Positions 38,938-53,900 of a stretch of 64,000 bases of DNA are shown here, one piece after another; the first letter of the stretch is position 1, and each line of letters starts with the position of its first letter. Under the pieces are notes generated by a model, which did not search any database, was not told the origin of the DNA, and saw only the letters and a program-made list of their open reading frames with translations. Position numbers and translations under genes: made by a program. Origin of the DNA: Phoronis australis (Eukaryota > Animalia > Phoronida); contig NMRA01000090.1 of assembly GCA_002633005.1 (NCBI GenBank), forward strand, positions 978,736 to 1,042,735. Direction: 5' to 3'.

Positions 38938-41900
38938 ATGGCAATAAGATCTTTGTCGTCCGTGGACTACGTTATATGTGGGGCCATGCTGGTGGCGTCA
39001 GCTTCAATCGGCATCTACTACGACTGCACAGGAGGGAGGCAGAGGACGACAGAGGAAGTGTTTGTGGGGAACAGGCAAATGACTGTAAGTTGAACATCAG
39101 ACATACAGATGGCAGAGCCAGAAAAGTTTGGAGTTAAGCCAAGTTGAGGGCTTGGAGATACCTGAGCGACCGAAACCGAGCTAATATCACTCTATATCAC
39201 TGCTTGGCCCAAGGCTATTTATATACGAGAGGACACGATGCAAAATTCAACCTTTGAGCATAATCTTGACATCCGATCACGAAGAAATGCTTAAAATGAG
39301 GTTCCAGTGCATGAGAACGTAATTTATTGACATATCGCTCAAGAGCTAAGAATACTGCCTTAGGCATTACAATTCCACGGTGGCGGCAGGCGGCCATCTT
39401 AGATTTATCGATGACGTAAGCAAAACTTAATATGCCATACAGTGTTATTCCTGAACACTCAAAACTAGTCTGAATTTATATGTAAAGATGCCTTGAAATA
39501 TTTGACCTTACTGTACGTATCTTTGTGTGGCATATTGTGAGCTTGACCTTTTCGCGTGACCTTGACCTCCAATCACAAAAGTAGTATCGGAATCGATTTT
39601 ATCATACCTGAAAACCCATAGTTTGATGCTCATTTTTAAAGGCATTTATGAGGACTTTCCAATTTAATCAATATGGCCGATATGGCGGCCATCTTGGATT
39701 TGAGGGTTATGCAGGCAAAATCCAGCTCCATATATAACTTTTCTGGATTAAGCACCCCAAAATTTGTTGAAATCAATCATCAGATCTGCATTACATCCAA
39801 AAGCCCTCGACAGTCATTTTTTTGTCAAATTGGAACCTGACTAACATTCATGCGGTATAAGCATTACAAATGGTCTATACTTTTTAACAAGACATGGAAC
39901 CACCAGCGTTAGGTACTTTGCACTGCAATATAACGGAAATTGGGCAATTTTCATCAGATATCTGTCCTCATTGACATAATTGTTCCATCAACCTTCCAGG
40001 TAGTTCCAGTCGTCCTTTCTCAGGTTGCCACCATCTGCAGCGCCATTGCTATACTAGGCACACCGGCAGAGGTCGTCTTGAACGGTGTTGGGTACTGCGC
40101 CTTCTCCTTTGGAATCTGTCTAGCCGGCGTCTTCAGTGCATTTGTTATCGTGCCACTCTTCTACAAACTACAATTCACAAGCATACTTGAGGCAAGTTGT
40201 CCTCTCCGAAACTAACGATATTAACAAAGATGCTCATTTCAAGATTTGGTGCACATGTATTCAAGTGTTCTACATGTATTTGTGCGCCGACATATAGGCC
40301 TTCATATTTTGTGTTACATGTATATAAATATCGTCTGTGTTTGTGCGTCAGGAGTCTGAGCGCTCAAGACTGTATCTCCTAGTATACTCCTGGACGGATC
40401 GTAATAAGATGTGACAGGCCAGTGACAGATGGCAACCAGTTTTTGCCCCTTTTGACAATCTTAGTTTTTACGTTTTCCTTTACATGTATATCTTTTGAGG
40501 TCCTGGATAGATTTCCGTGGCAATTACATTGATATGAAGAGAACGATTTTACCTACCGATCCTCGGACGGATTCTGCTAATTCTACCAAATTTGCCATTT
40601 TCACAACTTTTTGAGTGCATTTCAAGGCGTCCCCCCTTTAGCTGCCAATCCTCGTTGAGGATATGTTTGCGGTGTATACTGGCAAATGTATTCCTGCTGA
40701 GAAGACTACGGCGGACGTTAATTTGCGGGCGAGGTCGTCTAATGTGGCGCCTTGCAATACCGTCTTTTTGGATGGCTGTAACTTCAGAACACCTTAATAG
40801 GATTTTTGTGAAAGTGGCACAAATGTTCCCCAACAAATGCCATGACGTAGGCCTATGACTTTCAGACGGAACCGGGCTACTGCTGCTTTACCAGTCAGTG
40901 ACAAGTTTGTTTTTACGGCTACATGTCTAAATGTATCTTCAGGGACAGATTTTCCAATAATTTTGCAATCAGTTCTTTATTAGGGAGACGACTTCATTTT
41001 GGTATTGATTCGACATAACCTGCGCCACCCAGCAGCCATTTTGTTGTTATTGTCGGGTTTTTTGCCTGCCATATAGCTGCCAAACTGCTGGAGGAGTCAT
41101 TTTGGAAATTTTCACGCGTGGTTCCGCTGAGAAAACCACAGCTTACATGTACATTGATTTTGGAACGAGCACAGTGAGCGCCTCCTCGTGGCAATTTCAT
41201 TTCTTGTATCCGTTCATGGCTTATCTTCCTCACACCACCGCAGTAAATTTTGCCAAGAATTTCCCTACAAAAATGAAAACCAATGACGACAACATTACGA
41301 CGGATCCGACTACTTCTTTGTTTTACCATTTGTTCCAGTCGCACAGTGTCGGGTGACTGAGAAATGTGCTGTGATTTCAGCTCACCCTCAAACAATTTAG
41401 AATTTAAGAACAAATGATTTGATGACAACTGTTGTGGATCACATCTGTGGAATTTCTAGCAAACTTGCATTCAGAATATAGTCCCGAGTTGTGTCGAAAA
41501 TTGGCAGGAAAGTGACGGTTGTAGGCTGAAGCGTACTGTCAAATTTGAGTTTTTGTCACATTTGCTCTGGCCCTGGCTTCCTTTTTGGGGCAAATTATGG
41601 GACAGGGCAACATGCCCGTGGTTATGTGCAGCGCTTTCCAAGGGAAATGACTCGCTGCTTTTAATTTGGGTCATGGTCTTTTCGAAATGTGTGGAAGAGA
41701 AAGGCGCAAAACTACGCAAGTGGTAAGCCTATGTGCCAAATCAAAGAGGACTGTTTACACTTTCTATGATAACCCAAAAATCCACGATTTATGCCCACAT
41801 GGGTTACTTTTCCACCATAAAATCCCATTATCTCTACTGTAACAAGAACCCGTTACGCTTTCCATTGTTTTCACTGCAATTTTGATTCCTTTCTTTCAGT

Positions 41901-44900
41901 ACTTCGAAATGAGGTTTTCGAAGGGCATACGGTTTGCCACATTTCTCATGGTAGTGCTGGTTAAGGTTCGTGTTGATGTTTCTTTGTTAAATTTATGTCT
42001 GTTTTCTATAGAATTAAAAGCCACTGTACACTTTTAGGCTCTTTGCTCATGCCTCCATATCCCAAAACCTACTCACACATATTCTAAATGAACGGCATTT
42101 TGATTATTAGTTGTCTTCTGTTAAAAGTATTGTTAACCCGCCTTCCGTCGAAAATTTTTCTTCTAAAAACGTTTTAGTCACTTATGGTTCATTAAATTGA
42201 TCTCAGTTTGTCCCTTTCTAAAATTAGACGTATCATTTGAGCCAAAAGTTTGTATTCCCACCTCACACTTGACTAAGAGTGAGACTTAACACCTTCGTTA
42301 CCGGTGATGGATTTTTTCAAATACCTTCACTCCCAAATCATTTATATAACCCATGTAGGTTCTTTGGCACGAAAACTCGGCAGCCTAAATCAAGACTTTC
42401 ATTTTTCCAGGAATTTTGACCTTTTTGTTTCTGACAGCTGAGTTCTCGGTATAATAGTCCACAATTAATATCATCATCCTGTAGGTTTCAATAATGCTTG
42501 ACGCTTTAATGCTATTCAAAAATATTTCTATCATTGCCTCGCCAACGTGAAATACATATGTATTTTCATTGTCTGGGTAGAACATTATACGTACAGTGTA
42601 CTTTGACTTGACGGCATCGTTGATTTGCTTCTAATGACAATGTTATCTATCGTACAATTAATACTAGTGCTCCGAAAATGATTCATTTTTACTCCTTTAC
42701 AGAGAAGTACCGCTATGATTCGTCATATGGCATCTTTCAATATTGACCATTCACATACAAGTCCAAAAATATTCATTTCATACCTATATGATCACAGAAG
42801 GTTTCTCTCGAATTGTAAAACAAGATATTAAATTATTAGGTGATATCCTTGCACCTGTGCCACACGAATATCTGTTATGCATTCAAAGCACTTTTAACGT
42901 ACATCAAGATCTGCTCCGTGTCACAAATCTTCCTTGCAGTGATGTGCCGTCACGCACTTCATAAACTGTTCGCCATGCCTGATCTTTCAGTGAGATCTAC
43001 AGATCCTTGCCCAAACCCTAAACACTAAGTGGTAAATCACACAAAGCTATGGATGCAGGGACAGACTGCTGTCAATTTTCTCGGATACTGTGACCAACAC
43101 TGCAACAAGGTGTGTTCGTGAGTGTGATACCAGTCTGGTTTCTAAGGTTTGGTCAGGAAGCTAGCAATCTCAAACATCAAACCTGACAGCCAGTTCCACG
43201 ACCAGGCATGAGTTTTTATGGACCAGGAAGCTACTTAAGTTGACATCGACTCTTTGGATGAAACCGGCCTAGTTGTCTGTGCAATGGCAACCCTGAATTC
43301 TCTGAGATATGAAAATTAGGTACATGTATGAGTGAAAGTTGCTACCGAACACAGCCTCAGTTCAGACGGTTGATGCAAGCCCTCCTACGTCGACTTTGGT
43401 GAAGTACTATAGCCTCACACTAGCTGTACATGTATTACAACTCCAGATCCAGAAATGGTTAAGTGTCTCATTCTGTGCACCGGGGCTCTAAAGTCCATAC
43501 AAAGCAGGGCACCATCTGTAATGTGGAATGTGTGCCAGTACTCCAAATGACATTGATTTATGCCGCTGTTATCCGACCTGTAATGTCTTATGCTGCGTCA
43601 GTATGGGTAACAGCGTTAAAACAGTTTACAATTATCAACAATCTTTATCAGACGCAACGTCTTGCTTGTTTGTACACCATCTCTGCTTTTCCAGGAACGC
43701 CCCCTACAGCCATGGAAATGCTAATCGGTTTACCACCACTGTACATATACATGTACTTGAGGGTGAAGTTGCATGTTCAGGGCTTCGTCTCAGATACACG
43801 TATAATCATGGTCAGTTGGTGAAAACTCACATCCCCGATTCCGTTGCACACGAAAGCCTCAGGAATGTGTGCAATAAGCTAATGGTAAAAATTGGGCAAC
43901 TACGGAACATGCCTAGTGATGTCCAGATCACCGCTTCGAATTGGTGATAGATGGCCTACCGCAGAACACAACAACGAGGTGGTTTATTAGAAGCATGACT
44001 CTAAACTGGAGAATGGCCAGACAGTCGCTGGAATGTATTTTCTAAGCCTATATGTTGCAGATGCAGAAAGCTGTGTATCGTAGGCAATCTTGCCATAATG
44101 TTCTAGGATGAGATCACTGCAATTAATAGAGCTGCTCAACTGGCATGACACTATAACACCGAGCTGAGTAATCAGCCAAATACCTATTTTCAAATAGCCT
44201 GAGCAGCAATGAATCCCTAAAGAGACCAAGGGTCAACTCTCGATGCTTGCATAATGAGCTTAACAAGCTTACACTTGAAAGAACCGTCAATATACACTGG
44301 GTCAGAGACCATGTGGGAATTGACGGCAATGGAAATGCAGACAGACTCGCAAAGACAGGAGCCAGCATTCTGCATTGTGTACATGAACCTGCTATCCTGG
44401 TATCTTACGGATGCTACAAGATGAGTATACGCAACTGCTGGGTACATACATGTACATGTACCCAATCAGCAGCCCTGTGAGCAACAATTAACTACTGCAG
44501 AGAGACGGAAGAGAATTTTTTGAGCTTCATCAAACCAAAGGTTCAAAAAAACCTTCAGAGTCTCGATACACGTCATTCAAATTTTGACAGACCACTGTAA
44601 CCTAGCTCCACACAGACACATTTCTGGGCCCATGGGCAGCCCAGTGTGTCCCGAGTGTGGAACTGACGTTAAAACCCCTAATCACCTAAGGAGTAACCTA
44701 CTGGATGACACTGCTACATGCCTACAACATATAGCGCATGACAACAAACGAGAATGTCTGTCCGTTTTCGTAAAGGAGACAGGCAGAATTGAAAACTTCC
44801 TTCACGAAGAACCATAACGGGGCTCTCGTGTTTTTAGGTCACGTGTTTGGTGCAATGGGCCCAACCATTAGGCCAGCGCACGTCTGATGCACCGCAAATG

Positions 44901-47900
44901 AAACCAGTAGGTCTTATGCACTGTTTTTTGTTATGACATTGATTCTGAGTCTGACAAGGATAACTAATCTCTCAAGCCACTTAGTTTCTTCTCCACTCAT
45001 TTCCGCAGAGTGGCCTCTCTAATCAGACTGGTACGCGATTGTGCGACGTTCAAGGTTAGATTATACTTTGCAGGTGGGATATTCAGCCATAGCTCTCTAT
45101 GCACCAGCCTTGGCCCTGAACGTCGTGACGGGTTTGAGCTTGTGGGCGTCGATTTTAAGCGTGGGAGCCGTTTGCTCTTTTTACATATCCTTGGTGAGTC
45201 TTTTCAGACAATAACTTGTCATTGGTTAATACTGCTTCAAATTAACGCTGGGTCAAAATGTATTTGTAATTTGGACCACGTGCCTACATGTACATTAAAC
45301 TGTTCTCAAATGGGGCTATTCGGAGAATTCTCCTCGCGGTGTCGCTGCTGTACTAGTGGTGATTGAATTGCGCATGCGTGGCTGTCTGCATGTAAACAAC
45401 TGGTAAAAGATGGAATTTTTATCAAAATACGTCGTCGCGCTAAGCCTTATTACTGCTAATTTCCCTGGTGCAAGTCTTCGACAGGTGGCCACAAATTCCC
45501 AAAAGACCTAAGGTTACTATATTCGTGGACAATTGCGGTCAACAGGGTCAACTAACTGACAAAAAGTGTGTGGATGCTGAAGCCCCGTGTGTGCTCTATG
45601 TCTATGACTATGCAGTTCCATTCGGAGACTACACAACATTACTTGGTAAGTTTTTAGCAATCAGTTTCTATCAACATCGTTCGGTGATGTTATCCCCACC
45701 AGTTACCCCACTGAATAACAGTTTTATTGAGTGGAACTAAGTGTTTCTTTTTGGAAACTCACCCGATGCCGGGTAGGCTAGCAGCACATATTCATATTGT
45801 CCTGGGTGGGAGTGCTCCCAAAATAAGAGGTGTATGGTACGTGATGCACAGAAGTCAAGAGTGACTTTTTCACAGCAGTTTCTCTTCAAAACTATGCTGT
45901 TTCCAATAAAATTCTCTAGATGAGTGAGTTTCCTTATTTTATCATGGACCCCACCCCCAGGACCACCAGCTCAGTTATCGAATTAACATGAATAAGCCTT
46001 AATTCAGTAAATGTCGTAACATTGCATTGGAAAAAAATTGACACCTAGAATGAATTTTACTTGTTGAGATCAGAAGCACATTTTAAGTGTCATGAAAAAT
46101 ACACATTGTTAAATCACTTTTAGCCTGTTTCACATATTTTAATTCAGATATTAAATAAGACTTGGGTACAAAGGTTATTAGTTTCTACACATAAACATGA
46201 AGATGAAATGTCAAGTATGTTCTGCCTTACAAAAGTAGTTTTGTCTTGTCTTTTCTTTTACAATTTGCTAATATTTCTATTCTGTTACAGGCAAGAAAAA
46301 ACAACTGAAACCAACCGCCTGACCATCTATTTCACCGTTGGACAAAGTGAAAAGCAATCCTTCAGCAATAACCTGAGAGAATTGAACGTAATTCAGAAAT
46401 TCAGCACCTGATATGCCTGATTATGGACTCCCTCGCAATGTTGTTTCTTTCTGTGCTTTTTCAGTTTGCCATTTGTTTTTAAATACACTGATAATTGTTT
46501 ATTCTCGAATCTTGTGCATAGCAGATTCTTATCCAGCTAGCTACAATTGAAAACATACAATAAGACAATCGATGCAGTCACTGAATGTCATTTCCCCATA
46601 ATCTGTACCAAATTGAAAAGTTTTTACCAATAGTATAAAGCCTTTCTTCTGAAAGGAAAATTTAATGTCACTCAGCTTTTGGCTTTCATTTCACTGGGTT
46701 CTAGTTTCAATGGCCTATAGAAGCGCTTGTAAAAAAGGTCCAGTTTCAACACGTGGCTTTCTTTCATGTAACCTCATTCAGCCTCAATAACATCCACAAT
46801 TAGACCCTTGAAGGTAAACACAGCAGCATATCACTTGAATCGTTTTGAGCCCAAAATCAGACTCTGAACTAGACCAGAGTGTGACTAGGTCTTCTTTAGC
46901 TTCAGTCCCTCATGTTTCTTCCAGGAAAGGAAATAAGCTATTGTCCACACATGACTCATTGCCTATGAAAGGGCATCCTCACCAACAAGGCTTATTTGTG
47001 TAGCAGTCAGATATAGTTCGTCTGGATACACAGACACTCCACTGGCACATTGTCTTATGGTAACTTAGTACTGCGATTCACATTTCTCCAGGGCCACTGA
47101 CTTGCACATTGTGCCATGCAGCACTGCTGGTGTGTGGAAGTGCTGTGGGAAGAGAACGGAGTAACAAAGCTTGTCTATGATACAGCTTGAAGTGGCCTTA
47201 AAATGTCACTGAACCTGGAACAAATATTGAAATATGAATAATTAAGTACTCCAGATTGGATCAAAAATGTTATCCCTGTTTTTCAAAAATATATGGTGAT
47301 TGGTCTACAGTTTCACATAAAAGTAAATAATTACTATTTTCAGAAACCAAGGGTGTATATAATGAGTATTGCATAAAACTGTGTCTTTATTTTTTATCCC
47401 TAGCCATAACAATTCTTTAAACGCATCACTTGTCTGTAAAATATACAAGTTTTTTGAGACAACTTCAAACCTTTGTTACCCATTTTCAAGCCTTTTTAAT
47501 TTTGATACTTTCAGCAATTTTAAACTCAGATTACAGGTTCATGGGTCTGTCAAGCATACTTCTAGCCTAAGGTTGAGGGAACCGTTTTTCTTCTAATAGA
47601 AGATATGAAGACTTGGGTCATTTAAAAATGATGGATAATCTTTCTGTTGTTTAAGAGTAATTACAAATCGTAAGGCACCATCAAAAATGCAATTTTCACA
47701 AAAATGGCAGTCATTTGAATTTATAACGACTTGCAACATTTCAAGGCATGAGTTAAGACTATTCAGTCACTGTGAATTCGGAAAATGTAATATATTTTCG
47801 TGGTTTTACAATTGATACAAGTAGCAAAACAGTTTCATGAAATCAACTTGAAGGGACTTCGTGAAGGTTAAGAATTACCTCACCATGCTCTTTTCCCCAA

Positions 47901-50900
47901 ACATGTATTACCTGTTATTTCCACACATTCAGTTGTACCAAATATTACAACCCCCCATGCCAATTCTCCCTCGGGACCTGAATAAGTAATTTAACAAAAT
48001 GACTTTAAAAATAGCTGTTCCTTTTCAAAGGCTTTGTTCGTTGTCTCCAATATTCAAAGTAGGCTTTGACAACAGATCTGCACTGGATGGGAAGATCTTG
48101 TTGGTTAGCTGCAGTCAAATGCTAAAAACCAATTTTTGTCCATTCAGGGACGGTGCAGAAGCGATGCATATCTCCTCTGCACGGTACAAGCCTTCAAACC
48201 TAAAAACCAAAGGTTACGTGAAAACTGACGTGATAGATTTCCATTTCAACGTGTAATAGATTTCCAGAAGACATATGATAGGGAGTAAACAAATAGTCTA
48301 ATGCAATGGATATTTATCACTCACGTACCCTTTGCCATTGGGATTGGATTGTAATCTTAACTCATTAACCTGTATCGAGTTGACAGCATAAACATTCAGC
48401 ATTGATTGATGTAACTGTCACTGATAAACTTTTAGAAATCATTCCAAACAATAATAATGCTTTGATGTACGAAAAGATCCCGATTGCTACGTCAAGTATC
48501 GTATCACACATCACAACATACAAAGATTAACTCTGGCTGGCGACTGACTGCCGCGAAGTCGACATCGGCGAGTGCCTCAGTTAACAGGCATCAGTGGAAT
48601 AATCATGGAATAATCGTTAAAACAATCACAAACCTTACCTTTGTATGAGGTCGCGCTTACTTCCTCTCATAGAAGCACCCTTTTTACGCAATCTCAGATT
48701 CAGTTGGCACGGCTGCAAGCCATTTCACCATGTATTTAAAGGGCTCGCGAAATCGAGGCTGTTAATCTATCACCACTAGTACACGCACGCCCTCTAGTTA
48801 TTGTAGATTTTCCGAATAGCCCCATTGATCCTTCTTTGCCGTGGCCAAAAACTCCTTATTGTCCTGTGACATCACTTTTGTCTTGCGTCACTGTTCCCCT
48901 AAGCTCAGTTGCACGAAAATGTTTCAGACAACACAAGCGTGCATGGCATAAATTTGTGTTTTACACGCACCCATACTTCTACAGGGTGGAATCAAAGCAG
49001 TTGTATGGACCGACGTGCTTCAAGTTATCTTCATCATGGCAGGTCTGGTTGCCATCTTGATTAAAGGCTCAATTGACATGGGTGGTTTCGCCAACGTTTG
49101 GGAGATTGCCGGCAATGTTAATGGAAGTCGGTTGAACTTCTTCGAGTGAGTACTTTAAAATAACACATAGTCGACTTGCTGTGTTTATTATTCGTATGTT
49201 CATATTTCCAGAGAAACGGAGCGAAAGTTTCGCCCGTCGGTGGTTGGCCTTACAATCCAAAACTAATCAGGCCCATGAAACTAGTGGATCACATCGAAAA
49301 TTTTGTATCCGGAGCTGTGCTCATTTCAGAAACTACATGTATGAAACTAGATTTTCTGCACCATGCCGGAAATTCTTTAATTACTCGCTACATGAACTTT
49401 TGCCTCGTTTTCTCGGATTTTTTGTTTCTCTGAGGCGGACCTTTTGGCCCTCTTCACCAAATTGGGGTGGGGGGCTCCTTCAAGTCACCCGAGCCCCCCT
49501 GGGTGTACGCGTGTGAAGTTGGCATTACGCTTCCCAAAACCATTTCTTTCTGAACAATTTTTAAACCCCACTTAAACAGAAATGCAACATGTATGAGAAT
49601 GTACTATTATTTTCTTTTCACAAATAGTTGTGTCGAGCGAAGAACCAAACTTTTGACTTGACTCTGACGTCACTTTTCATGCAATTGATAGAAGTCTTCA
49701 GAATTTTTTGTGCCTATTGTCTTCATAAGGCGCAGATTGTTTTGTCATACCTTTCCTGTTATTTCGTTTCCAGCTGGAACCCTAACCCAACAGCTCGCCA
49801 CACTGTTTGGTCTCTTGCTATTGGAGGAACTTTCACAGCTACGACGCTGTTTGGATTCAGCCAAGAAAGTATTCAGCGAATGCAATGTTTACCGACACTG
49901 AGAAAGGCTAAAATGTGCGTACAAACACTGTAGCATCCTTGCCTTGGAAACTCAGTATTTACTGGTTTGTGCTGAGGGAGAAATGTCCCTGTTTTAATCA
50001 TCTGCAAATTCAGTAGAAAAGGCAATTCCTGGACTAGGCGTTCATCTGGATCTCGCGTGGCTACCAGCATATTCGTAGATAACGTCCTCCATAGCTCCCC
50101 ATTAAAATGAAAGAAATCATCAGTCTTTTACTATTAAAATAATTGTGTCGCAGAAACAAGAGTCGTTAAAACGTAAGCCGTTATAAAACAAGGAAATGCT
50201 GTAGAAACAACCTATGGTACATGAGATGACGCATAAAGCGTTTTTGAGCTACGTGTACATGTACTAATAACAGTCCAAGGGGTCAATCTGCTGTCAGGTA
50301 CTTTAAAATGCACAAAAGTTATTAGAGTCAAGAGGTGATTCGGAGCAAGCTGTTACAGGAGTGCGTTTCAAGAGAAGTGACTTGAAATTTGAAGTCAAGA
50401 ATTTGATCTTACACTCCACGCAACTATTTCTGAAAAACAATCAGATCTCATTCGAGCCAAACTTCAGATTCTGAGAATATACAAAAAAACTGCTAACTTC
50501 TAAGATAATTTTACCAATACGTCTAGTCTGTAAGGCGTAAGTAATTGCTTGACCACAAACATTTGTTTAACGTTCTTGAAGTGGGAGAGTAAAACAAATT
50601 TCCGTCTAAGGTCACTTTTCATTAAACTGACCCCTGACCAGCCTTCGCCCGTGCAAGTCACTCGTGTTACTTCCGGCAGCAGAACTTCCTGAAGATGGAA
50701 AACGCAATGTTCTGTTGAAGATTCTTACTTCTACGCCAGCTGTGACCGTGCATATTACTTTCCGCTTATTTTTTGTTTAATTTCAAATTGTACTGCGCGA
50801 ACGGGAACACGGCGAGTCTGGGCATCCTGCGCGTTTTAAGTTGTCATGTAAACACGGCATTACACGTAATTATGAAAGCCGATCTGCAACATTCAAATTT

Positions 50901-53900
50901 TCACGTGTACTTCCAGAGCCATGCTTCTGACCGGACCGGGAATAGCGCTTATTATCATCGTTGGCTCATCGGTTGGTCTTGTTGTCTACGCACATTATGA
51001 GTCATGTGATCCAATCGCAAACAAGGATATACTTTTGGCGGACCAGGTAATTTGCGTTCAGAGAAACGAGATAGATAGTGGCCTCCCGTGACACGGGCGG
51101 CACGGCACTGAAAAAAGTGGGGCTATAGCATCCCGTAGCCCCCTATGGTATGCCGGCCGTGCGTGATTATGAAAGACGTTTGAGGAATGTTTGGATTTTT
51201 TCTCGCACTTTAGTTGTAATTTTTACAGGTACAAAGACACACTTATCATTAAGAATCATTTTCTTTTAAAATTCCACCAACCTTCCTCCTTGCGCCCTGT
51301 CTGCTTCGTTCAGCCCTTCCTCTCTCTTCACGCCTTGCTCCCTCGGCAACCCAACCTCACCTCACTCCAACCATCTCCTCTTTCCTTCCTTTTCATTATC
51401 TTTCCTGATGAAATGATACGATTGTGTACGTGTCTACAGGTACTCCCATTTTACGTGATGGACAATTTTTCCACTATCACGGGGTTCCCGGGACTGTTTG
51501 CGGCTTGTATATTCAGCGGGGCACTAAGGTAAGCAAAATAAAAAAATAAATAAACGGCTACGAAGAACGATTAATATACCAGGAATTACCTGAGACCTGC
51601 TTAATGAAGGCTATCTAGGACCCCAGAGAAACGTCCGAATTCGGCTAACTTCGGAGCATTACACTTCATTGGTCTAACCAATGAAATGGTAAGTTACTCT
51701 GCCGCACGGTACTCTAAAACTCCTTTACAAATATCATTGTTCTTTATAATCTGATCCACTTTGACATCATGAGCTATCGAAATTTGAACGGAACTGTTAT
51801 GAATTGATGACAAAATGAAAAGCTGTATGAAACGAAGCGAAATGACAATAGAAAACTGCCTCAACTTTTTGACATTTCATCGTGAATATTTATATTGAGG
51901 ACAATTTGATTTTGATTTTGTTATTGATCCCGTTGTTGTCTTATGACTTTCTTTGTTACTACATTTTACTATAAAGTTATTATCATGAGTCCCAATCAAG
52001 TGAAAAGTCAAATTCTACAGACTTTTTACTTTCAGTTGAGTTAAGATGTATAGTTCTGTGTGACTGAACTCACTGACTTTCCGATGGTGTCCTACGTGTA
52101 CATGCACTTTAGCTTACGACAAAAATTTGGTCTTACGCCTCCATTTCACAACTGTTGTATGAACGTTGAGGCAACGCACGACAGTCTAGAAAAAAAATAG
52201 GGAAATTTTGTCGAAATAACCATAAATTCTGCTTGTGTTCTCAGAAACTTGCATTTTGTTCATATGAGATTAAAGTACCTTTCAGAAAGAGTTGTGCGGA
52301 GCAATGGTAAGACAAAATTTTTGATTGAAGTCCGAGGTTACTTTTCACGAAATACTGTAGACTCCTGGAGTCTTTTGTTCGGGGAATTGGTGGACAGAAT
52401 GTTTTGTAAGGAAGTGCACCTCAGAGATGAAAAATGCCACTGGCTGGAGACTTAAACAGTGGCGCCTACTGTTGGTAGGAATAAGAAGACACCATGGTGA
52501 CGTAAATTGTGAGTTTCTAGTTGCGATAAAGTGCCCTAAATAGAATACGATTTTTACATGGGCTTTAAAGAGTTGGCCACGAAAAGTGATAATACAGATA
52601 TCAAAATCATTAATAAAAAGCTTCATACGAGTAGGGTTTCATAATAAATTCAACAAAATTTCTGTTGTAGTTCCGTTTCCTCTGTGTGGAATTCACTCGC
52701 TGCCCTGACGCTTACGGAGGTCAACAAATTTAGGAAGGAACCGATAAAAGACCGCCAGGCGGCGCTAGTCGCAAAGATAATATGTAACGTTTCCCTTGGA
52801 TTCTGTGGTTTTCCGATCTGTAAAGAAAAATGACATCATGAGCGGGTTTTAGATCGACTGAATCATTGTCAGAATTGACCTATCGCCAGGACTTTGAGTG
52901 ACGGCTTAACTGACCATTTAGAACTCATCATTCTTGACACACCTTAGTTTCCAAGCCGCCATTTTACCCGACAAACAACACGTTGCCAGGTAAAACTTAT
53001 TGTTTGTTAGTCGACATTACGCAAGAGGTCGGAGCTCGCGATAGGTCTATCATTCGACAACGTCGGTGGATCGACACCAATTGATATTTTGTGGAAATTT
53101 AGCTGCTAGGATAGAAAAGAAATATAGCCGAAAATCAATGTATTTATTTGCAGCTTTATGCTCCGAACTTTGTCGAATTTTGTTGTCCAGTTTATTTCGA
53201 AAACTACTGTGAGAACATGTGACCGTAGTGAAACGTAAGTTACGTAACATGTTAAAAAAAACTAGTCAAAAATCGCTCGTTTTGAAGAATCATTTTATTT
53301 CTTACATACTTTTTCTTACATTTACGAGGCGAGTTTTTCAAATTCGCTTCGTAATGTTTTCGCTAAATTCCACTCCACGATGGTAGACCATGGGTACTAG
53401 GCTTCCCTTCCGACGAGTGGTTGGGCCCATCTAGCGGACATGCTTTACTCATGTGCTCCAGGATGGACTATGAACACTCACCTCACACAGTATTACCTGC
53501 TTGAGAAATCAATTCTGTGCTCGTTCACGCTGGTCCCTTTTCACTTTAAAATTCGCCTAACTATATTGATATCTAATATCCTACTAAATATCAATTTTTG
53601 AAAATTCTCTTCTAAAAAACACATTTCCGACAAAATTCAGCTGCGAGAATTGGCAAATTTATAATAAAATTGTAAAAAAAATAAAGGATTTTGTTTGATA
53701 TCTTTGGTCAAAACGTATAGCTTCAAGTAAATGGGAAATTTGATTCTTAGTAAAAAAGTAACTAAACGGACGGAGAAGATAAAAGTCTCTTTTGTCCTGG
53801 AGGTTGTTAAACGCGTTGTTGGCTCCCTGACCCAGTAAGACTCGATAATGTTTTTGCTATACCGGTAATTAAGTTAATTACGTAGTGTAAACTCAGACGA

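Noticed and set aside
40400-41850. Cluster of 80-140 aa ORFs in SLC5 intron 2 as a nested gene
   Set aside because: No recognisable domain in the frames examined and no consistent splice chain; probably a decayed repeat.
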